Positions 10,191 through 22,945 of a DNA stretch of 59,996 bases are shown piece by piece. The DNA comes from Lama guanicoe. Its lineage: Eukaryota. The stretch is taken from assembly GCA_013239625.1 (NCBI GenBank), contig MU053559.1, forward strand, positions 2,215,205 to 2,275,200, in the 5' to 3' direction. Below the pieces are notes generated by a model. The model saw nothing but the letters and a program-made list of their open reading frames with translations. It had not been told where the DNA came from and searched no databases. Position 1 is the stretch's first letter; each line of letters starts with the position of its first letter. The translations under genes and the position numbers were made by a program.

Positions 10191-12174
10191 GTATCAGTAA
10201 TGAAAGATAGCTATTTGGACGTGTGTGAAATTCTTGAGCAAAGGTGTCGGAAGAGTCTTGATTCTTTAGGTAAAAAAGGAGTCAATCTAACACTGATGAG
10301 GTTTTTATTTCTCTTCTTCCGAATTATCTGTTTGTGTTAGGGCCCTGACCATAGGTTAAATTAACTTTGCCACTTTTTGGACTTAACGTTAAATCTTTCA
10401 ACCACTCCTTTTCAGAGGACTGAAGATGCTGCTCTGTCGCTGACTTTCCTACACAGTGTAGTAGTTCATCAATGAACTGTGTATGTTTTTATATTTTTCG
10501 TGGATGTATGCTAGCTCTCTCCTGCAGCCCAGTGACTGTTTCCCTTCCAAACCTGCCAATCTCAGGCTCTTCCTTCCCTGGGGTGCCGCCTTGTGGTGGG
10601 CCGTGGGCCCTTCACTGACAAACTCCTGCACAACTTAGTCATCGAGGAAAGTGAATCAGCCACGGGGTGACTCATTGCAAACCCCGTTCTGGGGTAAGAA
10701 ACCCCATCGTGTACCTAAGAGATCATGAATCATTAGACTGGGACGACCTGCTGGTGGATACAATTTGGAAAAAGTCCCCTATTATGGTTCGAAACCCTTT
10801 TCCTCCTACTATAAATGGGCATAGAGTAAACATTAAAAAAATAAAAAGACATTTCTCATTAGGACTTTTGGGGATTTAATCTTAATTTACATTTTAGTTC
10901 AATTTCCTTAACGCTTTGTTCTATATGGTTGTAGGTATATTTTTAAAATACTATGCATACTATATATGCATAAATACTTTTAAATAGTTAGATAATATTA
11001 AAAATAATATGCATATATACATTTATGTCTCTATCCACGTATTTGTGTGTGCTTGCATGTGTATAACCAAGTCTCATTTCTGGTAAACCTTGTTCCTGAA
11101 AGAGATACAGGCTCTTTCTGTGTTGGGACCCCTGCCCAACTGTGATGAATTTTCCTCAGGTGGGCGTTAATCCATCCCTCATTTCTTAGTGAACAAACAG
11201 GAGAAACTTCATGCAAAGAACTGCATTATCCATTATCTGACTTTCCGCTTAGTTCTAGATGAAATATGTTGACCATGCCACATCAGTCCACCAACATTCC
11301 ATTGATTCAAATCACTACCCTAGTAACTGCCAAGTTCTTATGTTAAAGACTAGAATATTCTCAAAATTGGAAGAAAGATGATATCATTTATTTACAGTAA
11401 TTTTTAAGTGATAAAATGCCTGTGTCTTAAAGAATCAATTGCTTAGATATGCTGGGAATTAATGTCTTTAGCTCCAAAATACAGGAATTATGAGCAAAAT
11501 TATGAACCAGATTATTCTTTCGTAGCTCTCACCAATCGAGTTGGATGAAGATGAAGAGAGATATGTTACTCATAAGAATTGACAGATCTGGGATACATTC
11601 AGCACAAATAGCACTTTAGAGACGTCTAAAACTATGGCGTTCAGCTAAATGTCCCCATAGTTTAAAGATATATTTGTTCCTGAATGTTGCCAAGGACCCG
11701 AGCGCTGTGAGCAGCTTGCAGTGGAGATCTGTGTGGTTGCTATGTGCAAAAGCCCTAGAATAAGCAAGCGGGAAATGATATCAGGGTGGGTAAATATTAC
11801 TATGGTAACAACTAATTTTCTAGAGGAGAAATTTGGCAAAATAAAGCAAGAATCCCTAGGACTTGGGTAGAAATATATTTTGTACAAAATGGAGACTACC
11901 TCAAAAGAAAAGTCATGCTTTTGATTCTACTTTTTCTTAAGAACACTTTTATGACATGGAATCATTTACAGTGTGACATTTTGAGTGCTAATGCCCTGTT
12001 GGATTTGGATAAAATCACAAGAGAAGGTGCAGAGCCCTGAGAGAAAGCAGCGTCATTCCATTTTTCCATTTATTTTTCTTAGCATGACAGTACCAAAATA
12101 TGCTCTTCACATGAAATACGTTGTTCTAGAGGAGGTAATTTTATCTTTTCTAATTCTGTTATCTCAGTTTACTC

Positions 12175-12255
12175 TTTTTTTAATAATTAAAATTATTATT
12201 TTTTATTGAGTTATAGTCAGTTTACAGTGTTGTGTCAATTTCTGGTGCACAGCAC
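12175..12255 (-). mobile_element. Very short L1 3' tail
   Basis: ttttattgagttatagtcagtttacagtgttgtgtcaatttctggtgcacagca; imperfect TSD tcagtttactct / tcagctgactct. Confidence 0.85.
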
Positions 12256-12308
12256 ATCAGCTGACTCTCTTGATCATGAAATTCTTTAAATACAGCCTGG
12301 ATCTCTCG

Positions 12309-12412
12309 CTCTAATTTTTTTTTTTTAGAGGAGGCACTAGGAATTGAACCCAGGACCTCGTGCATGCTAATAAGCACATGCTCTACCACTGAGCTATATA
12401 TATATCCCCCCC
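12309..12412 (-). mobile_element. tRNA-derived SINE (camelid vic-1 type), short form
   Basis: Reverse strand reads tatagctcagtggtagagcatgtgct...gcatgcacgaggtcctgggttcaattcc (A and B boxes) plus polyA; TSD cagcctggatctctcg (12293-12308) / cagtctggatctcttg (12413-12428). Confidence 0.9.
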
Positions 12413-12550
12413 CAGTCTGGATCTCTTGAGTTGCTTCTCACTTGACTTTTCTTTCATATTTCAGTAGGATAGAAAAAATGCCCACATAATTATTAAAGCC
12501 ATTTTTTGATTACTAAGTACTGACAGTTTCTTCATCTTTTCTTCTGTTGT

Positions 12551-12728
12551 GGTGGTCTCATCCCCTAGCTACACCTGGAGTCTTAAGCTTGTACAAAATA
12601 TAGATGCCTGTGCTTGGTCTCAAATTTCTGATTGTGTTGATTTGAGATTGGGCATGTGCGTGTGTGTGTGTGTTAAACTACTCATGAGATTGTAATGTGC
12701 AGTCAGGCTTGAGAATTCCTATTCTAGA
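12551..12728. mobile_element. MER5B-like hAT element with internal (TG)n
   Basis: gtggtctca...aaaatatagatgcctg...gattgtaatgtgcagtcaggcttgagaa. Confidence 0.65.
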
Positions 12729-13724
12729 CCCTTAACAGTTAACCACCATCATACTGATGATCTGTAAAATGCTGTAAAAGATGTTAAATTGCAGTGGATG
12801 CAGCTGGTTATAACTAGAGTGTCTGGTGGTCTCAGAGCTCTCTGCAGCTCTGAGTTTCTGGGGATCTAATCCCGTACCGTGGGAGATGTCTCGTTAATGG
12901 CTGCATTAGCCAACTCATTTGAGACACTTAGCAAGGAAACACCTTTGTGGGGAAGGAGACCTAATCTGGTGGGGTGAGAAATCAGAGTTAAGTGGTAGCT
13001 TCACTCAGCAGAATGATGGTCCCACCATTCTGCGCTGAAGACCCTCCATGAAATGATCCCATGAGATTGGTTTTATTGCATTTGGACAACTCGGGACACT
13101 GAGGCTGAAAGAGGATACCTGAATAGGAGGTGCCAGGGCCAGGATTTGCAAGCAGATCTGTTGGTCTCTTAGATAATATTCTTTTTGCATCTTATCACAC
13201 TGTTTCTCACATGTTGCTTGAATCTCCCACGGCCTTAGTTACTTGGGCTGTGAATGTGGAAATAAGGACAAGAAAGCTCACGGGCAACTCATGCTGCCAC
13301 AGTGAATACCTATGTGTTTGAACACCTTTGGACCAATGTGAATGCTCATTGATGGGCGACATAGAGATCCTTAGTGTCTTCAGCCCGTGAAGGCTCTTTA
13401 TTACTTTTATGGAAAAGTTATACTGTGATCATCTACTATATACACGTAAAAGGGGTTCTCACAGTTCTTTCCGGAAAAGAACTATTGGCGTGGCCTCCTA
13501 AAGTCTTATTTATTGAACGTGTTAAATGTAATTTATTGAGAGTTCTGTTAAACTTGTCATCTAACAATGATTTCAAGTGAAGTAGTTTCTGGTGGTCAAT
13601 TTTTATTAGCTGAATGACTGGTAATGCCTTTGCTCAGAACTTCATATGTCAGTTTAAGACCGTAAACTTATTAATAAAAACGGGAAGGTACCCCCTCCTT
13701 CCAGTTATAGCAAAGATAATTACA

Positions 13725-13915
13725 AAAGCAATTTCCATTTACTGACCTTCTATTATGTGACAAGACACTGTAGATATATTCTCTCTAATTGGGAGTTAAG
13801 TGGAATTCTTATTTTGCAGTAGAGAGGACTAGACTTAGCTAAAAAACCTTTCCCCATACTGCAGTGCTAGTGAGCGGTAGAGCGAAGATTGAAACCCAAG
13901 TTTTCTGACTCTAGA
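13725..13915 (-). mobile_element. MIR SINE
   Basis: catttactgaccttctattatgtgacaagacactg...attttgcagtagagaggact...gattgaaacccaagttttctgactctaga. Confidence 0.75.
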
Positions 13916-16399
13916 AGATCTTGCTAGGCAAACTGTTCCTCTGTTTACTCCGTTTAAAAAAAAAATAATGACATTTCACTAAATTTCTTCAGTGATTGTT
14001 CCCAATTGGATTCTGCTTCCACCCTCCCACCCCCTGTCTTGTAGCTGCTTCCATGGGGATTTTTAAAAACCTTTTCTGCATGTATGCACATGTATGAAAT
14101 GCAATCTACAGACAGAAATGTGGTTTTAGGTGCGCAGCTGAAAGAAATATTGTCAGCGAGCTCCTATTTCACCACCACCAAGGCCAAGAATTGGAATGGT
14201 CCCAGGACCTCACAAGCCTTGTCTTTCCCCTTCCAGTCAGTGTCCTTTGCTCCCAGAGGTATCCTTATTTTGCTTTTTAATTTTCTACCTAAATGTTTAT
14301 CCCCAGATGATGCAGTTTTGCCGATTTTTGAGCTTTATGTAAATGGATTAATATACAACATACTCTTGCATCTGGCTTTATTTATTCAACATATTCATTG
14401 ATGTCGTTTTCTGCATAATGATCTTACACGTATTTTGTTAGATTTTGTCCCATGTATTTGTTTGATATTATCAAAATGGCATATTTTAAAAAATTTTATT
14501 TATAACAATTGCTGATATATACACATAAATTCTATTTTATTTTTTTAACATAAATTTTATTTTTGAGCTTTGATGTTATAGTCATCAATCTTGCTAAAAA
14601 CCCTTTATAATTGTAATAATAGTGATCCCTTTGGTTTTTCTATGAATATAATCTTCTCATCTGTAAATATTAACTCTTTCTTTTTAATCTTTCTTTTTCC
14701 TGCCTTATTGCCATGGCCAAGACCTCTAGTGCACTGTTGAGTAGAAGAGATGACAGTGGATGTCCTGTCTCATTCCCTTTTCTAAAAGGGACTGCTTTTG
14801 ATGTTTCATCATTAAGTATTATGTTTATTGTAGTTTTTTGATATGTATCTTTTTTTAGAATAGGAATTTTCTGCCTGTTGCTTATGTTTTAGATCATTAA
14901 TAGATGTCACTTTTTCTACATCTATTGAGATGAGAAGATTTTTCTCCTTTAATGTATTAATATGGTCAATTATATTGACTGATTTAAAAAATTATTTTAA
15001 ACTGAGTGTGGATTCCAGATTTAAATTCAATTTGATCAGGATATATTATTCTTTTAAAATAATGTGGATTTTGTGTGCCAGGATTTTCTTGAAGATTTTT
15101 GCATCTGTGATCATGAGTGAGATTGGTTTCTAGTTTTCACTTCTTGTTTAGTTCTAGTTGTGTTTTTATGTTTGGCTCAATCTAGACTCCAAGCTGTGGA
15201 TAATGCCTTTTACTCTGTTCTATGACAAGGTTTGTATCATTTATCCATAAATCTTTGTGTTAAATGTTACTGCTTGCTTAAAGTTTTGGTAGAACTTGCT
15301 GGTACAGCCATCTGCACATGCAGTTTATTTTTTACCATGAGAAGGTTTTAAATTACAAATTCAGTTTCTTAAAGCACTGTTCAGGTTTTATATTTCTTGT
15401 GACCGCTTTGACAAGTTCTGGTTTTTGAGACTTTTTCCAATTTATCCAAAATTTTAAACTTTTTGGAATAAGGTTGATTGAAATATACTCTTTAATTATC
15501 TTTATTGTCTGTAGTCATGTCTTTTTCTCTGTTTTATTCATCAGTCTTTATCAATGGCCTGGCGTGTTTATTAATCTTCTCAAACAGCCAACTTACGCGT
15601 TTGTGGATCATCACTATTTTATGCTTTTTTTCTACTTTATTTTTGCCCTTATTTATATTTCTTCCTTGTGCTTTCTTAGTTTATTTTGCTCTTAATGTCT
15701 TGAGATACATACTTAGCTTGGTCATTTTTAGCTGTTCTTACTTTTAACATATATATTTCTTATTCTAAGCAGCTTTGGCTCCATTCCCACAAGTTGAATG
15801 TGCAGGATATTTGTTATTCAGTTTAAAATATTTTCTGTGGGTATTTGTTTCTTTGACCCATGAGTTACTTAGATATATTATTTACTTTTTAAACACTTTG
15901 GGGTGTTAATTATGCTGGACAAACATCATTTCTATTTCATTTAGTTCTGCTAGTGATAGGGTTTTTTTTTTTCCAGTTTTTGTTATTCTGAAAGTGTCTT
16001 TCCCACCTTCATTTTTGATAGATATGTTCACCACTTATGGGATTCTAGGTTGGAACTATTCTATTCATATTGTTTCTTTTAGCACTTTGGAGATACCACT
16101 TCACTGTCTTCTGACTTCAGTGATTTTTTTGGTGAGGGGTAGTCAGCTGTCAGTCTTAATTGTTGCTCCTTTGAATGTAATTTGCTTTTATTTCCCTCTG
16201 GCTACTTTAAAAAAATTTTTCTGCATCTTTAGTCTTCTGCATTTTTACTATGATGTGCTAAAACATAGATTTCATTTATCTTTGGGGCGTTTATTAGGAT
16301 TTCTGGAATCTGAGAATGATACCCTTAGTGAATTTTGGAAAATTCTCAGCCATTGTCTTTCTACATTGTTTCTAGCCCATTTTTTTCATTCCTCCCTAT

Positions 16400-17400
16400 C
16401 TGATGAAATACGTGTTAAATATTCTCCAAAAAAAAAAAATAGTGGCTTAAAGCAGCAACCATTCCATTCTTTCTCATGGTTCTGTGGGTAGACTAGGGCT
16501 CAGCTGGGTGATTCTTCTGTTGGTCTTGCTGAAGATCTGTCACGAGGCTGCAGTTAGAAGACAGCTGGGACAAACACTGAAGATGCCTTCACTTACATGT
16601 CTGGTGCGCTTGATGGGGACATCTGGATGTTGGTGTCAACGGGGATGACAGGACATCTTAGTCTCAGGATTCTGTCTTCCTCTGGCCTCTCATCATGGCC
16701 TCTCCACGTGGTCTCTGCAGCGGGGCAGCTGGGTTTCTTACATGGTGACTCTCAGGGCTCCCCAAAGAGGGCTTCTTGGAAAGTGGAAGCTGCCAGGCTC
16801 TCTTAAGACACAAACCCAGAACTGGCATAGTTATCACTTTTTTTTGTTGTTATATAGAATCTTTTTTTAAAATTTTAGTATAGTCAGTTTACAACATTGT
16901 GTCAATTTCTGGTGTACAGCATAATGTTTCAGTCATACATATACACACATATATTCATTTTCATATTCTTTTCCATTATAGTTTACTACAAGATATTGAA
17001 CAGAGTTCCCTGCGCTGTACAGTAGGACCTTGTTGTTTATCTGTTTTATATATAGTAGTTAGTATCTGCAAATCGCAAACTCCCAATTTACCCCTTCTCG
17101 CCCCCTTACCCCCTGGTAACCATAAGTTTGTTTTCTATGTCTGTGAGTCTGTTTCTGTTTTGTAAATAAGTTCATTTGTGTCTTTTTTTTTTTATTCCAC
17201 ATATGGATGATATCATATGGTATTTTTCTTTCTTTTTCTGGCTTACTAGTTATCACTTTCGCTCTGTTCCTTTAGTTAAAGTTAACCGAAGCTTTAGTTA
17301 GAGCTAACCTAGATTTAACGTGGGAGGGGATTATACAAGTTCATGAGTACTGGGAAGCATGGTTCATTGTATGTCCCTGTCTTTGAGACTTGCTACCATA
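16400..17400 (-). mobile_element. MaLR LTR (MLT1G/H-like) inserted in old L1 and itself interrupted
   Basis: tagtggcttaaagcagcaacc...tctcatggttctgtgggt...gggctcagctggg...gcctctccacgtggtctc...ggaagctgccaggc...cccagaactggca, resuming at 17260 to ctaccata. Confidence 0.85.
16841..17246 (-). mobile_element. Young L1 3' end with perfect 13-bp TSD
   Basis: TSD tagttatcacttt at 16828-16840 and 17247-17259; L1 3' UTR with G-rich tract on the minus strand. Confidence 0.95.
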
Positions 17401-19289
17401 TTGCTTATCCCTGTCTTTTTGTTCATCCTAGTGCCTCTCTGTAGTTCATTCCGAATACCTTTTTCCCCCTGACTTATCTTTCATTTCACTAATTCTTTCT
17501 TCATCCATTGAGTTTCTAATTTTGCAAAAGTTGTATTTTCGGGTCTACAATGGATATTTTCTTCTTTTTTCAAATCTATATCATTAAAAAAAAGTTTCCA
17601 GTTTCCTACTGAAAGTTTTTGAGTCTGGCTTTTCGTTCTTGAATATATGTAAGTGTAGTTTTTTATACTCCAGTTCTGACAATTCTAATATTTGGAGTCT
17701 TGGGTCCTCCCCCCCTCAGCAGTGTCTTGTTGAGCTCTGTTGAGCTTTTTCTTGCTCACGGTTTCTTTTCTTCTTGCATAAGTGATTATCTTTGGTTGTG
17801 TCCAGATATTATGGTTGAAAAGTTGGAAGTTTTATGCCTCTAGAGAATGTTTCTTCTTTTTTTTTTTTTTTTGTCAGATGCCTGAAGGTAGCTCTCTGGA
17901 ATCGTCGTAGTCTAGGTTATCTGAGCCACCCCAACGAATTGAAGCTTGGCTGTAAGTCCACATGAGGGCTGGTTACTTTCTGTTCACTTTATTTTTTCAT
18001 CCCGAAATGAAGTGACTTACTCTTGGTGGGTCCCACCTTCCGTTTTTTCCTCCCCCAGAGCCCTCAGAAGTAACCTTCATCCACTCATGTTCCTAGAGTA
18101 TCAGCAAACATACCCCAGGCAAAAATAGCCCTGTACATACGCTTCCATCCACTTCCAGACTTGGTATTCAGTTGTTCCTCACCATCTTGATAGCTCCTTG
18201 ATACCTTTTAAGATGTTTTCTTCTCCTTTGCTCAACTTCTTTAGTTACCTTCAGTGGGAGTGTTGGCCCCAATTATTTGATCTCTCATCACTGAAAGTCA
18301 AAGTTGCTATAGTTTTTGGGATGGATTTGCCTTTCAGTCTTTATTCCTTATGTTTTATATGCATTCTTTATACTCAGAAGTAATACATATATTAATGCTG
18401 ATCTTGGAGGACCAACTTGTTATAGCCCTAGTTTAATCTCTGTTCTGGTCAGGGTTGGCTTCCTCTGTCCTGCCTCTCTTTAAGTTATTTTCCAATTGTA
18501 GCCCGTTAGAACAGCCTCGTGACTGTGTAAGCCATTGCTTTTCATTATGTGGCTCATGCGCCTCCAAATAATCTGGGAAGTTATTTAAAAATGATCTGGT
18601 CTAACGACTGCATTTTTCATACAAGGAAATGTAGAACAAGGATGGTTGAATTTCAAGTTGTGACTTAATTAAATATAATTACACTGGGTATGATTAAGTG
18701 TATAAATGCCTATTTGTAAATTTGTCTAGTCTGTTGTATTACAGTATTGTAATTTGTTTGGAAATGGGGGCTCATACCTTAAAGAGAATGACCTGATTTA
18801 TGTGTAATAGCACTCAAGGTGACCTTTACTTAGGCAAATTAACTGAGCTTTACTTTTTTTTCCTAGCACCTTTCAGATTCTTAATAAGTTGTCCATTTGG
18901 ATTTGAAAGAGGAGGTATGTTTCTTGCCATGAAACTAACCTTGTCGGGTTGCCGGGAAATACAGATGAAACAAAAGTGAAAACACATCTCTGTAGTGAGG
19001 TGATCATTTGGCAGCCCTGCCCATGGAAGATCACTCTTAAATCCTACCAATTGGCCAGCTCCAGAGACCCAAACTCCTGATCTGACAGCACCTCTTTGTG
19101 ATGTTGGTTCAGGCTGTGGCTGGAATGTCTTTAGAACAGAATTAACAGAATTACCTAAAAGTTCCACAGACCAGTAGGGTTGTTTTATTTTTTTTTTTAA
19201 TTAGGATTTTTATCGATTGCTTCTTACTTACTCTAGTTGTTTAGTTGTTTTCCATTTTAACTTTATTAGAAACGTACTAAATTTGTTAC

Positions 19290-19335
19290 TGTTTTATTTT
19301 ATTTAACTTTATTTTATTTTATATTTTATTTTATA
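19290..19335. repeat. (TTTTA)n low-complexity tract
   Basis: ttttattttatttaactttattttattttatattttatttt. Confidence 0.85.
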
Positions 19336-19341
19336 TCATTG

Positions 19342-19647
19342 TACTTCCCAGCTCCTTATGGCTTGGTGGGGTCATGCAGTTGGTTGTGGCCCAAAGAGTT
19401 ATGTTTAGTAACACATGGCATTTCTGGGCTGTAGCACTGAACTGTCAGCAGGAAAAGTTTCAAAATCATTTTCCCCTCAGCCACGGTGAATGGTAATAGT
19501 CCAGAAATTGACCACACGTCAGCCTATATCCCCGAGTACGTATAACACCAAGCAGAGCTCCTAGCTGGCCGGTGTGGACATCTAGTGTCCTTGGTGGTTT
19601 GAAGTTATTCTTGCTGTAGCATTAGCTAGCCCATCCCGAGTGATACA
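19342..19647 (+). mobile_element. MaLR LTR fragment (MLT1I/J-like)
   Basis: acttcccagctcctt...ggggtcatg...tggcccaaaga...tttctgggct...tgtagcattagctagcccatcccgagtgataca, ending in the MLT1-type terminus. Confidence 0.65.
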
Positions 19648-19649
19648 GG

Positions 19650-20060
19650 CACAAATGTAGATCAGAGGACAGATGTAATGGTGAGGGCGTGTGGAAAGTC
19701 TGTTATAATTGTGCCGGTATTATTAAGTGAAATTGGAAGCTGAGCGTGAGGGTGGGTGAGGAGGCACTGGGGATTTGAAGAGAGAGCAAAGGGGATGAAA
19801 TAGTCATTTGGGAGAATCTGAGAGTCATTGGACCAGCAAAATTCATCATGATTATCAGGCAGCTCTCAGGGCCCACTTGAGGTTGGTGGCCGTGAATAAG
19901 GTTTGTGCCGGAGTGGGCGTGTCTTTCCTCCAGCAGTGTAGTGGGCACAGACATGGTGTAGGCAAAAAATTGGATCTAAGGCTGTGTTAGGTCTTGCCAG
20001 GAGAGGATGACAAAGGGAGAGAGTGGAATTCCTTGAAATCATGAGCTTTGGAAAATGTGT
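19650..20060 (-). mobile_element. L2 ORF2 fragment
   Basis: Reverse strand ctcaagtgggccctgagagctgcctgataatca...ctggtccaatgactctc matches the L2 internal region. Confidence 0.7.
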
Positions 20061-20709
20061 AGTTTCCTTTGAGTGTAGCCATTTCAGAAAGGAAGGCCGG
20101 GTGAATAAAAGTTTGCCCTGCTTTTGTTGCTTCATCAGCTTGAGTTACTGTTCTTAGAAATGTGTCGCCTTAAGTCACTTTTCTATTTCAGAGACATGGA
20201 TGATGTAGTTAGCGTTTCGAGTAACAAGAGAGTAAAGACTGGTTTGCTAGAATGATGCAGGAACGTTGGTTCATGGAGTCACAGTTGCCTGTAATGCCTG
20301 AACACTCCGTCTATGCATGAATTATTCATTTTACTGCCTTTGTTATAATGGCCACAGTGTTCAGTCTCTAAGATGGTCTTGTGATACATCCTTCTCTTTG
20401 CTAAAAGGCTGCTTATCAGCAGTCTCATTTGATTTAGAAGCCAATTCAGCATACCACGCGTGCCATCCAAGAAGAACGTCAGGCTCCTTCCTGCTATGGA
20501 AATGTCACGCATGCTGAAAATGACAAAGTTTGTCGCAAGCAGTGCTTTGAAGTGCTTTCTAATCATTCTGCTTGCATCTTCGCAGCAATTTAATTTGAGA
20601 GTTTTCATTTTCAATCAGAAAAAAAATCACTTAAATATTTGTTCTGGTTTTTTTTTAATATCAAAATATGGAGTTGGAGATTTAGAATATATCCAAAATA
20701 TAGAGTGAA

Positions 20710-21119
20710 GGGTGGTTAAAAAAAAAAAACAACCCTGGCATAAATTTGACCACTTTAACCTTTTTTTAAACATGTTGTACTGTGGTGTTAACTATAGTCA
20801 CATTGTTGTGCAACTGATCTTTAGAACTTTTTCATCTTGCAAAACTGAAAGTCTGTACCTATTAAACATCAATCATCTCCCTGCCAACCCCACCCCCCAG
20901 CCCCAGCCGCCACCATTCTACTTTCTGTTTCTAACAGTTTGACTGCATAGATGGAATCATGCAGTATTTGTCTTTTTGTGACTGGCTCACCTGGTTTATA
21001 GCATCATGTCCTCAAGGTTCATCCATGTTTGTAGCATATGACAGGATTTCCTTCTTTTGTAGGGCTGAATAATATTTCATCGCACGTAGACACCCCATTT
21101 TCTTCATCCACTTACCTGT
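20710..21119 (-). mobile_element. L1MB-type 3' end
   Basis: cattgttgtgcaac...tttagaactttttcatcttgcaaaactgaaa...ggaatcatgcagtatttgtctttttgtgactggc...tcaaggttcatccatgtt. Confidence 0.9.
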
Positions 21120-22689
21120 GGAAGTCGTGTGTCTTTTTTGTAAAGTGTTCTGATGCAGGCTCTTCTTGGAAGTTAAAGCAACCTAACCACAGAGGACCTC
21201 GAGAACTCAAGTCCCAGTCACGTGTGGTAAGAATTCGAATTTTTCTTTGTGATATTTAGTGTCAGACTTGGACTTCCATACTCGCCAAACCTGGAATTGC
21301 CTCACCTCGAATTCTAGCATAAGTGGTTTGGGTTCCCAACTTCCCCCTTCCTCTTGGTTTCCCCTACTCCTGCCCAGCCCTCTTGGAATTACAGTCCCTT
21401 GGACTGTCCCTTAAGGGACAGGGTGCCTGGGAGGCAGGACACTCTGAACTACTGGAGGGCGTCATAAACCATGGCATTTTCTCCTCAAGCTGTCTGTGTT
21501 TCACGCCAGTGTCTAGAGGGAAGAGATAAGGGGACCGGGGCAGGGCAGGAAGGGGTGACCTATGAGATCATGAGGGTTAATAATGGGGTTTCGCCCTGGA
21601 CTCTGGGCTTTTCTCATAGATGAGCGGCTCTGTGGATTTCAGCCCCAAGCTCAGAGTCGAAGCAACTCTGGCCCAAGCCGAACCACAAAAACAATGCCCT
21701 CTGTGCTCTGGGTCAAGTCTCAGTGTTGCCGGAGGACCAGAGGACAAAAGTTTTGACTAGGAGGAACCCGTGGTTCGGGAGGCTGAATCACGCAGTGTGA
21801 CTTTCACTTCTTCTTAGCTCCGGTTCTTCCTCTGAGCAAAATGATGAGGCGGATGGGGAGGCTGGGTTTGGATTGTGGCTGGGGTCCTTGTCCTCAGGGA
21901 TGCTGTCGTGTCGGGAGTTTCCTGTCCTGGGCAAGCACGAGCTGTGAGAATGAGCCTTTTTTCCTCCCTCCCTGGTCCTGAGTTTTGGATAAGGGTGAGG
22001 CGCAACAGAGGATGGGAGAGTCCCTTCTTTTTCTTTGCCCTGTGAGTTGCTGGGACCTACGCGCAGAGCGTGTGGTCCTCACTGTGTATCATCGAAAAAT
22101 GTCCCGGTCCTTCCTGGGCTCGGGACTGGGGTTGTGGGGGAGACTTGCCTTTTTCTCTGCTTCTTCTTGGATTTCCTCCAAGGAAACTAGGCAGGGTGCT
22201 TGCTGCTGGCTGGGTGAGGGGAGAAGCAAAGCTTAGGGAAGTGGCCAGCGGCTTCTAGAGAAACTTAAGGTGTCTGGGGAAACGCTTATGTGCCTGGCAT
22301 GTGGCTACCTGGAGACACCAGACCCTCTGGCACTTCAGGGATGGAGCCTGAGGATGTGGGGCAGGTGGGGCGGTCCTGCGGCAGGGACAGCTGGTTCTGT
22401 CTTGCCTCCTGGGGCAGCATGCCGGGGAGGAGGGGCACACTCCAGCCCTGCCAAGTGGCAGGGCAGTCAGCTAATTCTCAGGCTTGAGTCAAGTGAGGGC
22501 CCTGACAGATCTGGCCCCTGCAGTGAGGGCTCTGCGTTAAGAGCCAGAGGGAAGCCAACGGCTTTCTGCCTTGTGGATGCCAATTGGGTGGTACAAAGAA
22601 ATAGTTGAAAAGATCTTTAGCAAGTCATTTTGTGGATGTGTATGGCTTCCAAGAGATAAGTTTACATCATTGAATTTTGTCCCCTCACA

Positions 22690-22945
22690 TTTTTAATGAA
22701 AATCTCCAAGTCTGTAGCAAAGTTGAAAGAATTTTACAGTGAACACTAGATACTTGCTTTTAATCAAATATCTAACCATCTAGTTGTTCATCTAGTCATC
22801 CATTAACCCATCTTGTTTTCTGATGCATTAAAAAAAAAGGCACCCATCAGTGCTTCTGCATTCTAAGTTCAGTATTTCTTTTTCAATGTTTTTTTCCTTC
22901 TGAGATCAAACTGACATACAATGAAATGTACAAATCTTAAGTGTA
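22690..22945 (-). mobile_element. Old L1 (L1MC/MD-like) 3' end fragment
   Basis: aagttgaaagaattttacagtgaacac...acatacaatgaaatgtacaaatcttaagtgta. Confidence 0.7.

Larger units (their letters stand above)
14070..18300 (-). mobile_element. Long, internally deleted old L1 (L1ME/L1MC-type): 3' UTR, ORF2, ORF1, 5' region; split by MLT1 and a young L1
   Basis: Antisense ORF2 text (ccatggccaagacctctagtgcactgttgagtagaagagatgacagtggatgtcctg; ttttgcatctgtgatcatgagtgagattgg); antisense ORF1 (tttggaaaattctcagccatt at about 16335); continuation after 17400. Confidence 0.8.

Noticed and set aside
12320..12412. tRNA-like A/B box sequences (also near 31330-31402, 35135-35208, 57620-57697)
   Set aside because: Diverged SINE heads with A-rich tails and TSDs, not tRNA genes.
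15994..16491. 165 aa hydrophobic ORF
   Set aside because: T-rich antisense of L1 ORF1 running into the MLT1 LTR.
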